Origin: Tubiluchus corallicola
Lineage: Eukaryota; Animalia; Priapulida
Assembly (NCBI GenBank): GCA_030141605.1
Contig: JAQGDQ010000010.1
Span: forward strand, 1,054,001 to 1,118,000
DNA length: 64,000 bases
Reading direction: 5' to 3'
In this document: piece by piece, positions 1 to 27,960 of the stretch
How the letters are laid out: every line of letters starts with the position of its first letter
How positions within the stretch are numbered: the first letter of the stretch is position 1
The notes under the pieces: generated by a model
The model's input: only the letters and a program-made list of their open reading frames with translations
Told to the model about the DNA's origin: nothing
The model's database searches: none
Translations under genes and position numbers: made by a program

Positions 1-2
1 TC

Positions 3-85
3 AGTAGGTAGGTAGGTAAGTAGGTGGGTTTGGGTGGGTGGGTAGGTAGGTAGGTAGGTAGGTAGGTAAGAAAGTAAGTAAGCAA
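3..85. repeat. (GTAG)n/(GGGT)n/(GTAA)n microsatellite
   Basis: Direct reading. Confidence 0.9.
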
Positions 86-129
86 GAAAACAAGCAAAAT
101 TTATTGTCATTATATCGCAGTACATTATA

Positions 130-865
130 ATGAAATTTGTGTGATTTTACGTACTACAAAAAAAGAAAATTAACAGATAAATAAGTTCAATTAGTTGTCG
201 CATAAGTGCTAATAAAATATATACAGCGATACAGAGAACGTCGCAAATTTAGTGAAATTTACTGTTGGTAGTGCGGATTGCAACAGGATAGAAACAATTC
301 AAAGTCTTTGTGATTTTAGCTCTACTTGAACGGTGTCTGGGGCCAGAAAGGAACATTAAAAAAAATATTACCTAGATCTCACTTTGCCCTTTCCCTTTCT
401 TAACCGCGCATAAATATTTGAATCTTTAATAATTTCTCCGGCTGTTTATTTATTCCCATGAGTAAAGGTATTTTTCATCAAGCTCATTTCTAAATCTATG
501 ATAATTTCTTCTGTTTTTGAAACGTTCACTTCTAAATTATTCAGTTCGCCCCGTTCGTATTAAATTTTGAACACTGAAAAATAATTTCTGCAAATAAGGC
601 AAGCAAGCGTGGTATCATTCGCAAATTTTACCATCATAGTTGTAGGGGAAGATACTTTACAGTCATACGCGAACGCATGTGGTGTACAGCATTGGTGACA
701 GGATGCAGCCTTGACGAGGTCCTGTATTAAAAACCTTTGAAGTTTACAAAATGTTGGCGTTACTTATCCCTTTACTATCTGTGATCGTCCTGTCAATAGC
801 TCAAGTATGAAATTACATAGCCAGTCAGGTATCTTACGTTCCGTCATTTTTAGGCTGATTTAACA
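130..865 (-). mobile_element. Degenerate non-LTR retrotransposon RT fragment (L2/Rex-Babar-like)
   Basis: Minus-strand translation with frameshifts: IPDWLCNFILELLTGRSQIV, NTGPRQGCILSPMLY, MVKFANDTTL (FADD-like), LEVNVSKTEEIIID; boundaries approximate. Confidence 0.8.
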
Positions 866-907
866 AATGATACAAAACTGTGTAGTAATATGCAGTCTAT
901 ACTTTAC

Positions 908-14722
<13,815 letters not shown>

Positions 14723-15239
14723 TTTAACCTGAAAAACGCAAACATATGACTGCCAGTTTTGGTCTAAGTGATACGCCAAACAAAATTAAAATCAGCCTAT
14801 CTACTAGTATATTTATTTGTATATAAAGAAAATAATTAGTTTTAACTATTTTTGTTATTAAATTGAGGTTATTTTTGTCACACTCTCATTGCAAAATTCA
14901 AACATATCAAAATTCTTTTTTCTTTACTATCCCAGTGGCTTGAATCATCACTGTTTAATATAATTTCGATATTACTCAGTGTACTCTTAATGAAGCCACT
15001 TATTTCACTAATGAGAAACCATGCACACTGGCGTATATACAGTAACAAGAAGTATGAAGCAATTTTTCAAAAGGGAACTGAAATTTTGTTAACATGACGA
15101 CAATTTTTTATGTGAAGACTGATGTATGAGAAGCAAATTATAGTAAAATGGTCTCTTGTTAGCTTGTTAGACACCGAAGACGACATACGGCGAACGAAAA
15201 TTCTAGAATTGTCTGCTGATTCAGATCTCACAACGGTTT

Positions 15240-15695
15240 TTGAAAACAATAGACTTCCTTTTCAACTTTAGTTGGACCAGTGTTTTTATACAATGCTGAG
15301 TTACGGACAATAAGAGTTAACCAGCAGGAAGAAATTGACGCTTTTCAAAAACGTCTCCACAGAAAGTTACTATCAATTAAATGGCCCGGCAAAATATCCA
15401 ATGATGTTCTGTAAGATATAGTGAAAAAAATCCTTGGAGTAAACAAACCCCTAGTAAGAAGACTGCATTGGATTGGGCATGCACTAAGATTACCTCAAGA
15501 ATCTCCTCTTCCTGTAGCATTACGTAAAATTCTTTAAACGATAAAAAAGCCGAGAGGAGGTCAGCTACTGACGTATAGATATACTGCAAAAAGATTTAGC
15601 AAACACAACTCCAAATTTGAAGGGTGATGCATCTTGGGCCATGGCGGTGGATAGAAATACGAGGCATCAACAGGTGGAATATGCTATGTTTTAGA
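15240..15695 (+). mobile_element. RTE-clade LINE 3' fragment (degenerate)
   Basis: PVFLYNAELRTI, IDAFQKRLHRKLLSIKWPGKISN, RRLHWIGHALRLP, KKPRGG and AVDRN are typical of RTE ORF C-termini; stops and frameshifts present. Confidence 0.85.
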
Positions 15696-15737
15696 ATGTA
15701 TAAAAGCACGTGGATGAAAATGGTCTCGTTTGGAGCA

Positions 15738-16125
15738 CATTGCTAAATAACACTGCCAGTTGCTAAATAATGCTTGTTGAACACTGCTAAACATGGCTAA
15801 GCAATGTTTGCTGAATATAGCTAAATATTGCTAAACAGCGATTGTTGAATATTGCTAAACTTTGCTAAACTGTTTACCGAACATTACTGAATACTGCTAA
15901 ACATGGCTAGGCAATGTTAGATGAGCATTGCTAAGCAATGTTTGCTGACTATTACTAAATATTGCTAAACAATGATTGTTGACTATTACTAAACATTGCT
16001 AAACAACGATGCTGAATATTGCTAAACATTGCTAAACAATGTTTGCTGAACATTACTAAACATTGTTAAACAATACTTGCTGAACATTGCTGAACATTGC
16101 TGAACATTACTGAACATTGCTAAGC
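15738..16125. repeat. Minisatellite of ~10-bp units (aacattgcta/aacattgctg) with ~33-bp higher-order period
   Basis: Repeated attgctaaac / gctgaacatt / caatgtttgctga. Confidence 0.9.
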
Positions 16126-16821
16126 ACAAATACAAACGACGAGGAGAGTTACCCACGAGAGCGCATTTTCTGAAATTGATAAAAAATACTAGGTTTTCAG
16201 AGAACGTAATTCACAGAATTCTTCTTCGTTTTGTTTCGTTCTTTGTCTCTCCATTAGCGACGCAGGACCACAGGGCAGATGAACCTGCATGGCTTCATAA
16301 GTTATTAATTGTTGTGGGTATTATATCGTGTTGTGGGAATACAGCAGAACAATGAGCGCCAACGAAAAGAATCTTCTTTGGTTGACATCATCCTTTGACG
16401 CATTGAGAAACTTTTGATGCGACTAAAAGTTGCATTTAAAGCACACAACCGAAGGATCAAAAGGACAACCTATGAGACAGACAGATACATAGAGCCAAGT
16501 AGATTCTCGTAAATTTATAGACACACTCTGTCTTCATTTTCAATTATGTATACATAACTAAAAATGCCTATACGTGTAGCTATTTTATAATGATCGTATT
16601 TTTTATAATACCTCCAATGAAAGCCTGCAAGCCAAAATTTATTGACTTTCCATAAACAACATTGAAAAGAGCTAACTGAAAAGGATTTTAAAGAGTTTTA
16701 TTTTCAAACATATAAACTTCAGATTCTCAATTTTTAGGTGAAACCTGTTTGCCGTGGCAAAATAACCTTGTTAAAAAAGAATGCAGAATTACTCTTGAAG
16801 ACTGTATTCAAAAATATCCTA

Positions 16822-16893
16822 GGCACTAACAAATACTAGGTACTAACAAATACTAGGGACTAACAAATACTAGGGACTAACTAAGCACTAACA
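16822..16893. repeat. 17-bp tandem repeat (actaacaaatactaggg), 3-4 copies
   Basis: Direct reading. Confidence 0.85.
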
Positions 16894-18724
16894 AAAGATA
16901 TTTTGGAGTTAGGAGTAATCGAGTGCAATGCTTGTTTTTATTTTGCTGGTTGTGTCAGTTGTACTTATATACACGTTATTCATGATCTTTTGTTATATTG
17001 CACAATAGGAGCATCATTCAGAAGTATGAAATACTAACAAAAAATAACAAGTTATTAAAGTAAAAAATATGTTTATTTTAACTACTAACATGATTTTATT
17101 ACATAACATGATAAGTGTAAAACATAAATCTTTCACAAGCTGCCAATAGCACTGCTAGGTTAACATAACACAATAGTAATGTTTTATAAATAAGGGTGGC
17201 TGCTAGTGCTAGGTGACCATTATGGTCTTTCGCTGCTCCGTCTCAATACAATTATAATGAACTGTGTGTAATTAAATAGTATATATGAATAAGGAATGAG
17301 ACAAATAAACTAATCAATTCAATTCAAGTTAGGTTGTTGAGGTATCCAACAAATACCTGAAGCTCCAAAATTATAGGCTTATAACAGTATTGTCGAAAGA
17401 GAAGATAGATCTAAAAAGCATGTACGCCATACATTAAAAATGTTAAAAAATCTAGTAAATATTTTATGAAACATGAAATTATATGAGCTGCTAAAAACAA
17501 GAAAATGTTGCAAATGATGAAGACGCCCAAGGCACCAAAACGCTGATATACATAAACTTTACTTTCACAGCTGATGTTGTTAATGAGATGATCTTTTTGA
17601 TATCTTTTAAGAAAACTACACCAGTTTAGGGTAACAAAGTGACAATGATAGATCGTCTATTTCAGCTTTGTGTTAGTAACACCTACAAAGCTTATGTTCT
17701 AGTTATCAATTTTGGTCTCAACCTACGCAGCTAACAGCCATTATTAATGACAACAGTCTAATGTACATTAGCCCATCTAGTACCATTTTTTACTAAATGC
17801 ATCCGAACTTCCTGAATCAGTCAGCACATACATCACTGTGCATTTCACGCCACATATCACCCACAATCAAACCCTGCAATCATCAACTCAAGTCGCATTA
17901 TCTAACTAGGAAGAACAGAAAAAAGGCTCGTAACTCGTAAGCCTTTGGTATTTTCACGAGCGCGCATTCTATTTTATTTATTTGTTTGTTTTATTCACAC
18001 CCATAATAAAAAATGACTGGACTAGAAACATTTTTTCAATTTTAGTGATTGGACCTTTACAATAAAAACTTATCGCAAAATGATCAATCGTTGCAATTCT
18101 GTTGCAGTGGTTGACCTATCAAGTAAAATCTCCATTGGAAACCCTAATGCGTTTTAGCATATTAATGCCTTCATCACTAATGAAACCTAAAATTAATTAA
18201 AATTTAATTCACTATCTCTATATCTTGCCATCGCTATTGTCTCAAGCCAAATGACAACGTGGGATTTGAACTAAAACTCGCAATTTTCGCTGCGCATTTG
18301 TCCTTTGCGCCAGTAAAGAAACGGAAAAGGAAAAGGGATTTTTCTTAACGGCAAAGTGTTACTGCTGAAATAATTAAAACACATTCAGGTACGCAAAATC
18401 ATATGCTCTTTACTCGGTCATTAACATTTATACCATATTTAAACGAATTTAAAATAGCAAGTTAATTAAGACACTGCCCCAATGCTCGGCAAAGTACTTT
18501 TTCACTTATTAAAGCCATAGTAGGCATTGGACTCGTAACAATAACTGTTCACCTTTTGCGTAAACATGAAGTAATTCAAACTAGTGATCCTGGACAACAG
18601 TTTAATTTAATGGTTTTTAACATGAAAGAGTTTTAGTTGTAACATGTTTGATTTAAATTGTGCAATGATTTGATTGCATGATTTTTTAATGCAAACAGGT
18701 CTAATTTTTAATGGTCAGTAAATC

Positions 18725-18892
<168 letters not shown>

Positions 18893-21800
18893 ATTAGGGT
18901 AAATGATTGTAAAATTATTGATTCTTAGACACAGAAAGTCTCTAGAAATCCCTACTTTTTCCAAATGTAAAAATGTTTAAATCCATAACTATCGATGCTG
19001 CCACCATTACCGCAGCTAATGAAATTGCTTTTACTCTTGCTGCGACCGCTTGATGTTGGTAGTGACACAGCACATGCCCCGCTGTTACGGTTGTCGTCGC
19101 TGCTATTCCTGCCTTGCCGATTTTCATTTTCCATCATTTTACCGAACACAGGAAACAGAAAATATGCGGAAATTGCCGTAGCCTGTTAAAATGAATGACG
19201 CTTAATTATGTGCGTAATCATTGCCTAATGCCACGTTTAATTCATTATGTACGCAAGATCGATACATCGACAGCGTAAATTAGGCAATAAAATTACGCGA
19301 TGAAAGAATAAAGTCAGGGTAATATGGTGAGAAGCCAGAAAACTAAGGCTTGGCGGAGCATTGACCTAGAAATCCAGCAATCCAGTGCGCTCGCTAGGGC
19401 GGCCGATGGAATTCCATTTAATTAATGTCATTATTGCACGCTATATGTGTGATGTAGATCGCGGTTAGCATCAATGTGTCTTTACTTAGCCGTCTACTAT
19501 GCAGATAAAGGGGACTCGTGTCGAGGTATGATAATTGCGGTAGATATGACTTTTATTGGTTTAAGAATGTGCGCAATATCAGTTTGGTTGTTTACAGAAA
19601 TCTTTCTGTTAACTTGCGATGCTGAAGATACGAGTTTATGATTATTTTAGTAAAAACCCTCTAGTGGATCCGTCAGTTTCATTCTTAGAGTAAATGTTGG
19701 GGATGGATATCTAACTATTTGAGCTCACCAAGATTGGCGGGAGTCGTGTGTAATGCATAGATGTGAAATGTTGTAAGGGTCTGAATAGTAAATATCGTAC
19801 CAGTCAGTTAATGCCTCTTTTGACTCTGAATATACGACATTATCGCGCAAACACGACCTGAATTCATCTGATTGGAATAAGTTCGAGGAAAGCTTGGTCC
19901 TTTATGTCATCAAGGTTTTAAAGAAGCATCAGCAATAGTACTGTGCTGCTAGCAATATTTTTAACAGGAAAGACGCGTTTTGCGGGAAACTGACATAATC
20001 ATTAATAAGGGTAACGGCAAGCAATAGTTTTGGAAAAAGAACAGAAAATGGAAGAAAAAGTAAGGAGAGTGATGAAAAGCTATTGCATCAATGACACTGG
20101 AGAAATGAGAAAGTGAGTGAATGAGCGAACAACTGGGTGAATGTCAGCGTATATTGAAGCAGCATGTGAGAAAGTAAGTGAACGGTAAGAACAGTATATA
20201 TAGGAAACTGAGTGAATGAAGAGATAGATTAATACAGGCGAATAGAGAAATAAGGGCCGAACAAATTGCAATTCAAAAATTAATGAGAAGCTAGAACGAC
20301 ACAATTTTTCACGTTAATCCTAAGATTTCTTTAGATAACATAGACTGAAAAATACATTAAACCATTTCAAACTAAATCATATGACGCAGCGATTCTATTC
20401 AACATAAATAAGTGTTTGTGCTCGCAACTCTACAAGGAAAAATGTTTGCAAACTTGTGTAATCTTTTCAAAAATATGGTTATACTTTTATTTCTTTGCTA
20501 AACGACATGACAACGTAGCTATCATGCTAATTTCAAATTTATCATTTAAAATTTATTTCGGGATATTAAAAATGCTACACAACTCTTAAGAAGTTGCAAG
20601 ACAAAAATTTTATTGATCCTAATAATACTATAATTATACTAGGCAGATATAGACTCGTGGAGAGTAATGTTATACACAGCGCGAATTTGGTTAAGCTACA
20701 GTACTTACTTTAAATTCTACCCATAAAATGTCACAACGTATGTTGTTACAAGTTAAGACATCCCCACGGAGCTGGCACTAACTAAGCGGCCTACTTAACG
20801 AAATTAGATTAAGTTTCTAAGAAATTAAGTTGCCTGAACTAGAACATACTGTCACCGAATCGCATACAGCTATCTGTTTGATTGTACAAGTACGGAGCAA
20901 AAAGATTCGGGTAAATAATCAGGCTATTAGCCAAATGACATTAGCATCCTGAGCGCGCAATCACGTGCAAGCTCTTCCGGGCAAATACGTGCAAATATGC
21001 ATGACAGTGAAGCCAGGCAGACGGAGCTTATAGTCCGCGATTCATTTATGCAGACAGAGCGCATCCCTCGATTCGTTCGCTTATGGAAATTGAGCAAATC
21101 AGCCCGGATTGCTTCGTTTTCTTAATACCAATGCAAATTTAAACAAGAGCATGACCTCTGTTTGCTTCAGATTAGATGTCAATATTAAAAGAGGTTTGAA
21201 ATTAATTACGAAACAACTCGAGGTATTGTACAATGTACTTGTGGGTGGAGTGGATTTAGAGTCATGGAATTTGCAATGGCTGTGGTCGTTAATCAAACTG
21301 TGGCTACCATTTAATTTAATTTTGACTTTACAGCTTTTCGACATTTTAATTCAATTAATTATTTGTTTATTTCGGATTCTAAAATCCATAAATGAAAGGA
21401 TAAAAAGAAATACTTCTAAAAGCTAACCTAAAAACTTATTTACAATATCATATATGGGTACCTTTATGCACTTACAAATAAATTCTTCTCCGTTTGCTAA
21501 AAATATAAGAATTCATACTGATACTAGAATTTAAAATGCATTATATTGAAATGTTACTAGAGTGATCTAACCGATTTTTTAAACGAATAAACAGGTTTTC
21601 GTATACGTCAAAATGATTAATTTGCTTACGCTTACTGCAAAATGCAAACTTCCTAATAAGAATGTTTGCTCTAACAGTATTTGCCACTGCCCCGTTTATT
21701 AGGTGACTAATGCTGTAAAGTTTAATATTCGGCACGTTTACAGATAAATTTATTCGTTAGAAATTCTTTATGAACGTGCACTTATCGCCCCTGTTACACT

Positions 21801-24194
21801 TACAACTTTTTTCTCCGCTTTTTGCAATGCTCATTTTTCTCCTGCTTTTTATGGTAATCACGATATTTTGAATATTGAAATGAAAAATGAAGAATGAAAA
21901 ATGAAAAATACAGAAAAATGAAGATTTGGTCCAGAGCTTATAAAGGAACTATTTAATCAGTTAATCGAACAAGTGATGTCTTGTTGACCAGCAAGAAACG
22001 ATGGCAACATTTATCGGATTATATTAATATATAGTATATTTTTAAAAAGCGATTATTGTAGTAACGTTTCTTCACTAGCTCAACCCAGGCCTGCATCACT
22101 TCGGTGAAGAAATGAATTAATCAACGCGGTGAAATCCTTACTCTGTTTTTTTAAATCTGTAAATAATAAGCGAGTACTGCTCCTTCTGTTTATACCATAT
22201 TGCTGTTCACTGTACAGTTGCACTATACACGTAATGCGTAATAAAAGTTGTTATTCATTGAGTGTACAGTTTTTATAAAAGCTTTACGTCGGGTCTTGGT
22301 AATGCCAGCGAGTTCTCATACTAACATGACATATTGCATATCTGAAATACAACCGTTTGAAATATTGATTACAAGTGGTACAGAAAAACTGTTTAAAGCT
22401 TTAATGAGCTCAAAAGCCAATGTCGTTTTAGCTAGTTTAGCCATTTTAAATCAGTATTCCAGTATCAGTACACTAGGTAGAAACCGCATGTGGGAGAATT
22501 CGATGAAACAATTTAGTTATATGGATTTTATTTGCTAGGAATTATATTGGACAACTTATGGTGAACGAGTTATAAATGGTTTCGGTGGTGATGATCCTAA
22601 AATAGTGCTTTATACTTTATTAATTGACTAATATGTTTGTAACTGTTGCACAGTGTATATATTTAAGTTTATTAACTTTTTAATTTATTAACACATATTG
22701 CGGTTTTGTATTTGTGCACAAAAACTTGCGAGTAAATATTAAATGTACAATATTGTTAGAGCATACTTCGGTAATCTGTACTAAATTGCGAAACAGCAAA
22801 TTTCATCACAGTCCGAACCCGTCCTCCTTCCTTCTCTCGCGTCTCATCGGTCGTTCAATTCAATCAAATAATGGTCTTATAGTAATTAAGTGCGTGCACG
22901 TGGCATTTCAAACGCTGGGATTCTGTTCCATTCCCGTCGTTAGCCTGAATACGGGATTAATGCCAACTGCCAACAATAATCATTGCTAACTGCTGTACGG
23001 TTCGAAGCAATCTCATTCAAAGTCCGGCTCAAATAGACTCAAATCATCAGCATACATTGCGCCAAGTCTGAAATGGGTATTAGACGCATTATTGTCTGCA
23101 AAATATCCCGTGCAAAGCGGATGTGAAAAGTATGTTTTAGGAGTTTAATAATTGATGTATAGACCTTTTGCTCGTTCAATTAAAGAAATACACACATGTT
23201 GCTAATGAAATGTAAACGGCAATCTAGAGATTAAACGTGTTTTAGTAAAATCCAGGGATTGCTAAATTGAAAAGAAGAGGTCGAATTCTTTTACAAAACT
23301 AATTTCTGTTATCGAAACCACAAATTATTTTACAAAAGTTTAGTTACAGCTTCACACCTATTCTTCCTTTAGTTGTGGCAAAGGTACTCCACACTATTGG
23401 TTAGGCCTGTTAGAGTCAGCGCCTAAACAGCTTAACATGAATATTCCGAAATACAATTTTATTAACAGATTTTATGAAGGACAATTTTGATAAAGAAAAT
23501 TGCAATTCATATCTGCAAAAATGAAGTAGCATAAAAAGTGCAAAATTATTGTCAGTTGTCGCTAGAGAGTCTACAGTGGTCTGTATTGCACATCGAAGAA
23601 GCAGGTATTGATAATATTGCGTTATCAGGTTGTCGTTAAATACGGGTCGAGGCTAAAGTCGCAACACAATTACAAACTGTCAAAAACAATAGATGAATGC
23701 TAATCTGAATCCTCATTAGTTGGGCATTAGAAGATCGGGCATTATTTGATTTTGAAGTGATAACGCCGTCTCATACCAAAAAACCTAAAACATCCTAGCT
23801 TACATGACTGTAGTAATAACAACACTTACAAAACCGGTGCATGGGTGCATATTTTCATGCATTTGACGAAATGCGGAAAACATTCTGATCGTCGGGTACG
23901 CCTTTAGTTCAATTTTCTCGAAGGCAAAATGAAGATCACAGCATGCTGGCATTTTGTCAGTAATGTATTCATGAGTCATTAAAATTTAACAACACAGTCA
24001 ATTGTGCGAATGAATAGTGTCAAGACGAAAACCACGGTACTTCTGCGACAATTGTTAAAATTTCTTAGGAGGAGTAAAGCAGGAGGAGTAAAGCAGTTTT
24101 CTTACTGGATTTCAAAGTCACCCCTTGAGAATCAAATAGAGATGTATACTGTACTCGTTGAATGAATAAGTCATTTGTTCTATGATAGGAATAG

Positions 24195-24219
24195 TCTCTC
24201 TCTCTATCTCTCTCTATCC

Positions 24220-24287
<68 letters not shown>

Positions 24288-24305
24288 ATATATATATATA
24301 TATAT
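24195..24305. repeat. (CT)n(TA)n microsatellite
   Basis: Direct reading. Confidence 0.95.
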
Positions 24306-24318
24306 TCCATTTTGAATG

Positions 24319-24419
24319 GAATTACTTCTTTATTTGAAACATTCGTTTATACCATATATATGTCTCTATCTCTCTATCGTTTATGGTATAAACGAATGTT
24401 TCAAATAAAGAAGTAATTC
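24319..24419. repeat. Perfect 38-bp inverted repeat with 25-nt spacer
   Basis: gaattacttctttatttgaaacattcgtttataccata (24319-24356) and its exact reverse complement (24382-24419). Confidence 0.95.
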
Positions 24420-26699
24420 AACTCAAAATCAAATCAAATCTCTCTCTTCTCACCCTTTTCCGCCCCCCTCTTTCATACTATATTTTTGTCTTTTTCCTCC
24501 TCTAGAAGTGCAGAGAAAAGTTTGTTACAGATTAGTTCTGCCTTCAAAGTCATAAAAGTCTAATGTTAGCTTAAGAGACGTGACAGATTTCCCGCATTGC
24601 TTCTCATCAAGCGCAATTGTTCTCTCTGGCATACAAAGCAAGGATTGTATAGTGAATCAGGAAAACAGGGCAATTCTCTAATGTAATTTACGGGCGAACT
24701 CAGTGAAGCAGAACCGTTCCCAATGGCCCCATAAACGCCCGAGATGGGCATAAATTGTGGACTCTCAGATCGTGATAACTCTTTGCCCAGTCATTTCTGC
24801 TGCTTGAGAATCAGGGTAAAATCTTTGTCTTGCGTTGTCAGCTTTTGAAAGAGTCCCCACAGTCACGAAACTTGTGAAGCAGCTGAATCGTGAAACGGCT
24901 TCACAAATCAAACGGGTTCTGTCCGGGAATCGGTCTCTGTCAATTTGCGTGGCTTCACTGACACGAATACATCCCGACGGCAAGGTAATCAAATAAAGCC
25001 GTTAATTTTTAGCGAATTTTACCGAGAATTAAACCCGTTTTCTCATCTTCCGGAGAGAAATGAATTAAAGTCTATAAGACATAGCTCTGTGTCCTTGAAC
25101 AACCGCTGATGGGGCTTACAAAACTGCAATAGCCGTCTTTTGAACTCATTCATCCCAAATTGACAGGAAGCTTAATTAAAGGTCAGACAGTAGATCGCAT
25201 TGAAAAGACACTTCACAGCTAATTCGGCTGCATTAATTAATAGTCAACAAAACCTAAGGTTCCGCCATTGTTAATCCTTATAATACTAAATCTCAGTTTT
25301 GCTAAGAAGTCTTCTATTAGTCGTTAAATTAGCCAAAAGTACTTTTGTTTACAGCCTGAAAACTGTACAAAAACAATTATTATCATTTTTGAATCAAGAT
25401 GTTTTATATGCAGGACGAAAACTTGCAAGAGTTTCGCTAAAATATGTTTAACTGTAATTTCTAAAGAAACTACTGAATGTTATACCAATGGGAATTTATA
25501 ACCAGCTAATTTTTGGCAAAAGTTAACACTTATATGAATTTTACTACTCTTATATAAAGTTTTTATCAAGTAGCTGTATAAGCAAGTCCAATCTTCATCT
25601 AATAACAATAATTTTTTGCACGCAATTATCATCGCGGAAGAACCTTTACAATACTTCTTCTGCACTTCTGCATTAACAAACAGTTTAAGAAAATAATGTA
25701 AAAAACATTAATTAATTGTTTTACTAGAAGCTACGAATCGCATGTCATCAGTAAATTTTGTGCCGAGCAGTGCCGAGTTACCCTCACTAATGCTAGTGCC
25801 ATCAACCGATTAATAGAAATAATGCGCGCACTTTCCACTTAGTGTTCTCCTAAACGCCATCAGTGTGCGAGAAATAATAGCAACATCTAATAGCATTCAT
25901 ATAAGCCTGCACGTATGTAACTGTCTATATTCTTTGTCAATCTTTTAGTACTAAGTATTAAGTATTTGCTTATTAATAGTATTAAGATTGTTTTAGTATT
26001 AGGATTACACTAATAGTATAGTAGTAGTAATAGTATTAAGGATTACACTAAAATTGTTCTTAATTTCTTCGCCAAAGTTCAAAAACCTCATGGCCAACAA
26101 TTCAACTTTTTTCGAAATTGAAGCTCACAGCTCGGTACAATTGATTGCACTATCTTGCAATAAAGTTCCTGCACACACAAACTACTTAGATTCCCGGGAA
26201 ATATTTATTATAATCAGAATGACAGGCGTTGATGGATCGTCAGACCAATCAAACATTCATTCTGATTAATAGTTGTGTTAGTATACGCTCCGTTAAGACA
26301 GTATCGGCATTGAAGAAGCCGCGGAATTAGCTAAAAATTCGCGTCTTGAACAAGAAGGGATGTTTCCACAGTAATGGTTGCAACAGTTGCGGTAGTAAAT
26401 ATGTTGCCCATACAAAGTGCCTCTACACCTGCACAATCAGGTACCACTTAAACGTGAGTTATCTAAAGCTCATTGCTGAGCTTGACTGCAGACTTGGGTC
26501 CCTTAGTGTTGGTCTCCACCTCTTGCTGAGATAGCAGAAGTTACTGAAGTATATTTTAATTATAATATTGGGAAGATTACTTTTTTACTTTTGTACTGCT
26601 CATATAGTAACTTTTCTGACGGCAGACTTCTTTTAGCTTAGGATTCTTTCTGCCCAAGGTCTATACTGCTGATAGACGTAACTGACATTGAAAAAGAAG

Positions 26700-26910
26700 T
26701 GGTGATGATAATGATGATGATATTGACGACGATGATGATGATAATGATGATGATGATGATGTTGATGTTGATGCTGCTGATGATGAAGATGACAATGACG
26801 ATGACGATGATGGTGGTATTGATGATGATGATGATAATGACGACGACGACGATGATGATGATAATGATAATGATGATGGTGGTAGTGGTGATGATTACAA
26901 TGATGATGAT
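26700..26910. repeat. Degenerate (GAT)n microsatellite
   Basis: Direct reading. Confidence 0.92.
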
Positions 26911-27579
26911 AAACGAAACATCAAAATATGCCATTACTACTAGATGGTTGACTGACTCACCACTTCGCGAGAAGCATGTGAACTGTGAAAGATTTTTTGT
27001 GATACGTACTCTGATCCACTCTTCGAAGGATGATCAGCCCTTGAAGACTGCTTCAATTTTCGCAAGCCAATAAATGCGTTACTTTGTTCGCATTCTCGGA
27101 TAACTGGACTTGATTTGTCCTTTGGGATTGTTATAATTGCTCGTTGTTTTCCTCTTTTCACTGATTGCTATATACTTTTGGGCGTATATACCAGCTATAG
27201 AGTGTTGATTCAATTTCGCAAAAGTACCATGGAGGCCATGTTAGACAGAATCCATTTATATTGACGTACTAAAAAAGAACAAATTTTTGTTATCATGAGC
27301 CAGCTATTTCTTGGCTTTTTCCGAACCATCGTCAGGCACACACAACTAACTGCAAAAATAGAGTTTAATCTAATACGTCAAAGTTCTAACACACATAGCA
27401 ATTACTGTACTCCAAAAACAAAAGTTATTACCACTAAAAACAACGCAAATAACGAAACTAATAATTACCATCATGTTGGGAATATTTTGCAGCAAGTTGT
27501 AGCTGACTGCTGGCTTGGAAAAAGCCGCAATATAACTGTTCAGTGACAATAAAATGTTACTTTTTTTAGAGTTTTAGAT

Positions 27580-27960
27580 TTTTTGGTCGAGGTACTCGAC
27601 CTAATCGCTACTCATCTTGATGTAGTTCTTGTTCTTGTTGTAAGGGTGATCCTGTGACTCCATGAATTTGCAGTGGTCCACATAACACCGCCGGATTTTC
27701 GATCTGCCATTTTAAATTCAAGATGGAGGCGATATCATTATTTTCGAGAAAGAGCCTAAGATTCTGGCAATTTGAAATAGATCATGATGAAAGTCTATGG
27801 GAATATACTTGAAGGAATTCCGCGTCGCTTGTCGGAGTTAGCTTTTTAACGTGACATTTTAAATTCAAGATGGCGGCATTGACTTCATTGTAACCCACGA
27901 TATTGAGTTCAACGAGTTCCTCGACCAATAGTTTAGTCGAACTTGACTTGTGTTTATCAA
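27580..27960. mobile_element. Probable interspersed repeat / DNA-element remnant, family unresolved
   Basis: Two copies of cattttaaattcaagatgg(a/c)ggc and two of gag(g/t)t(a/c)ctcgacc. Confidence 0.4.
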
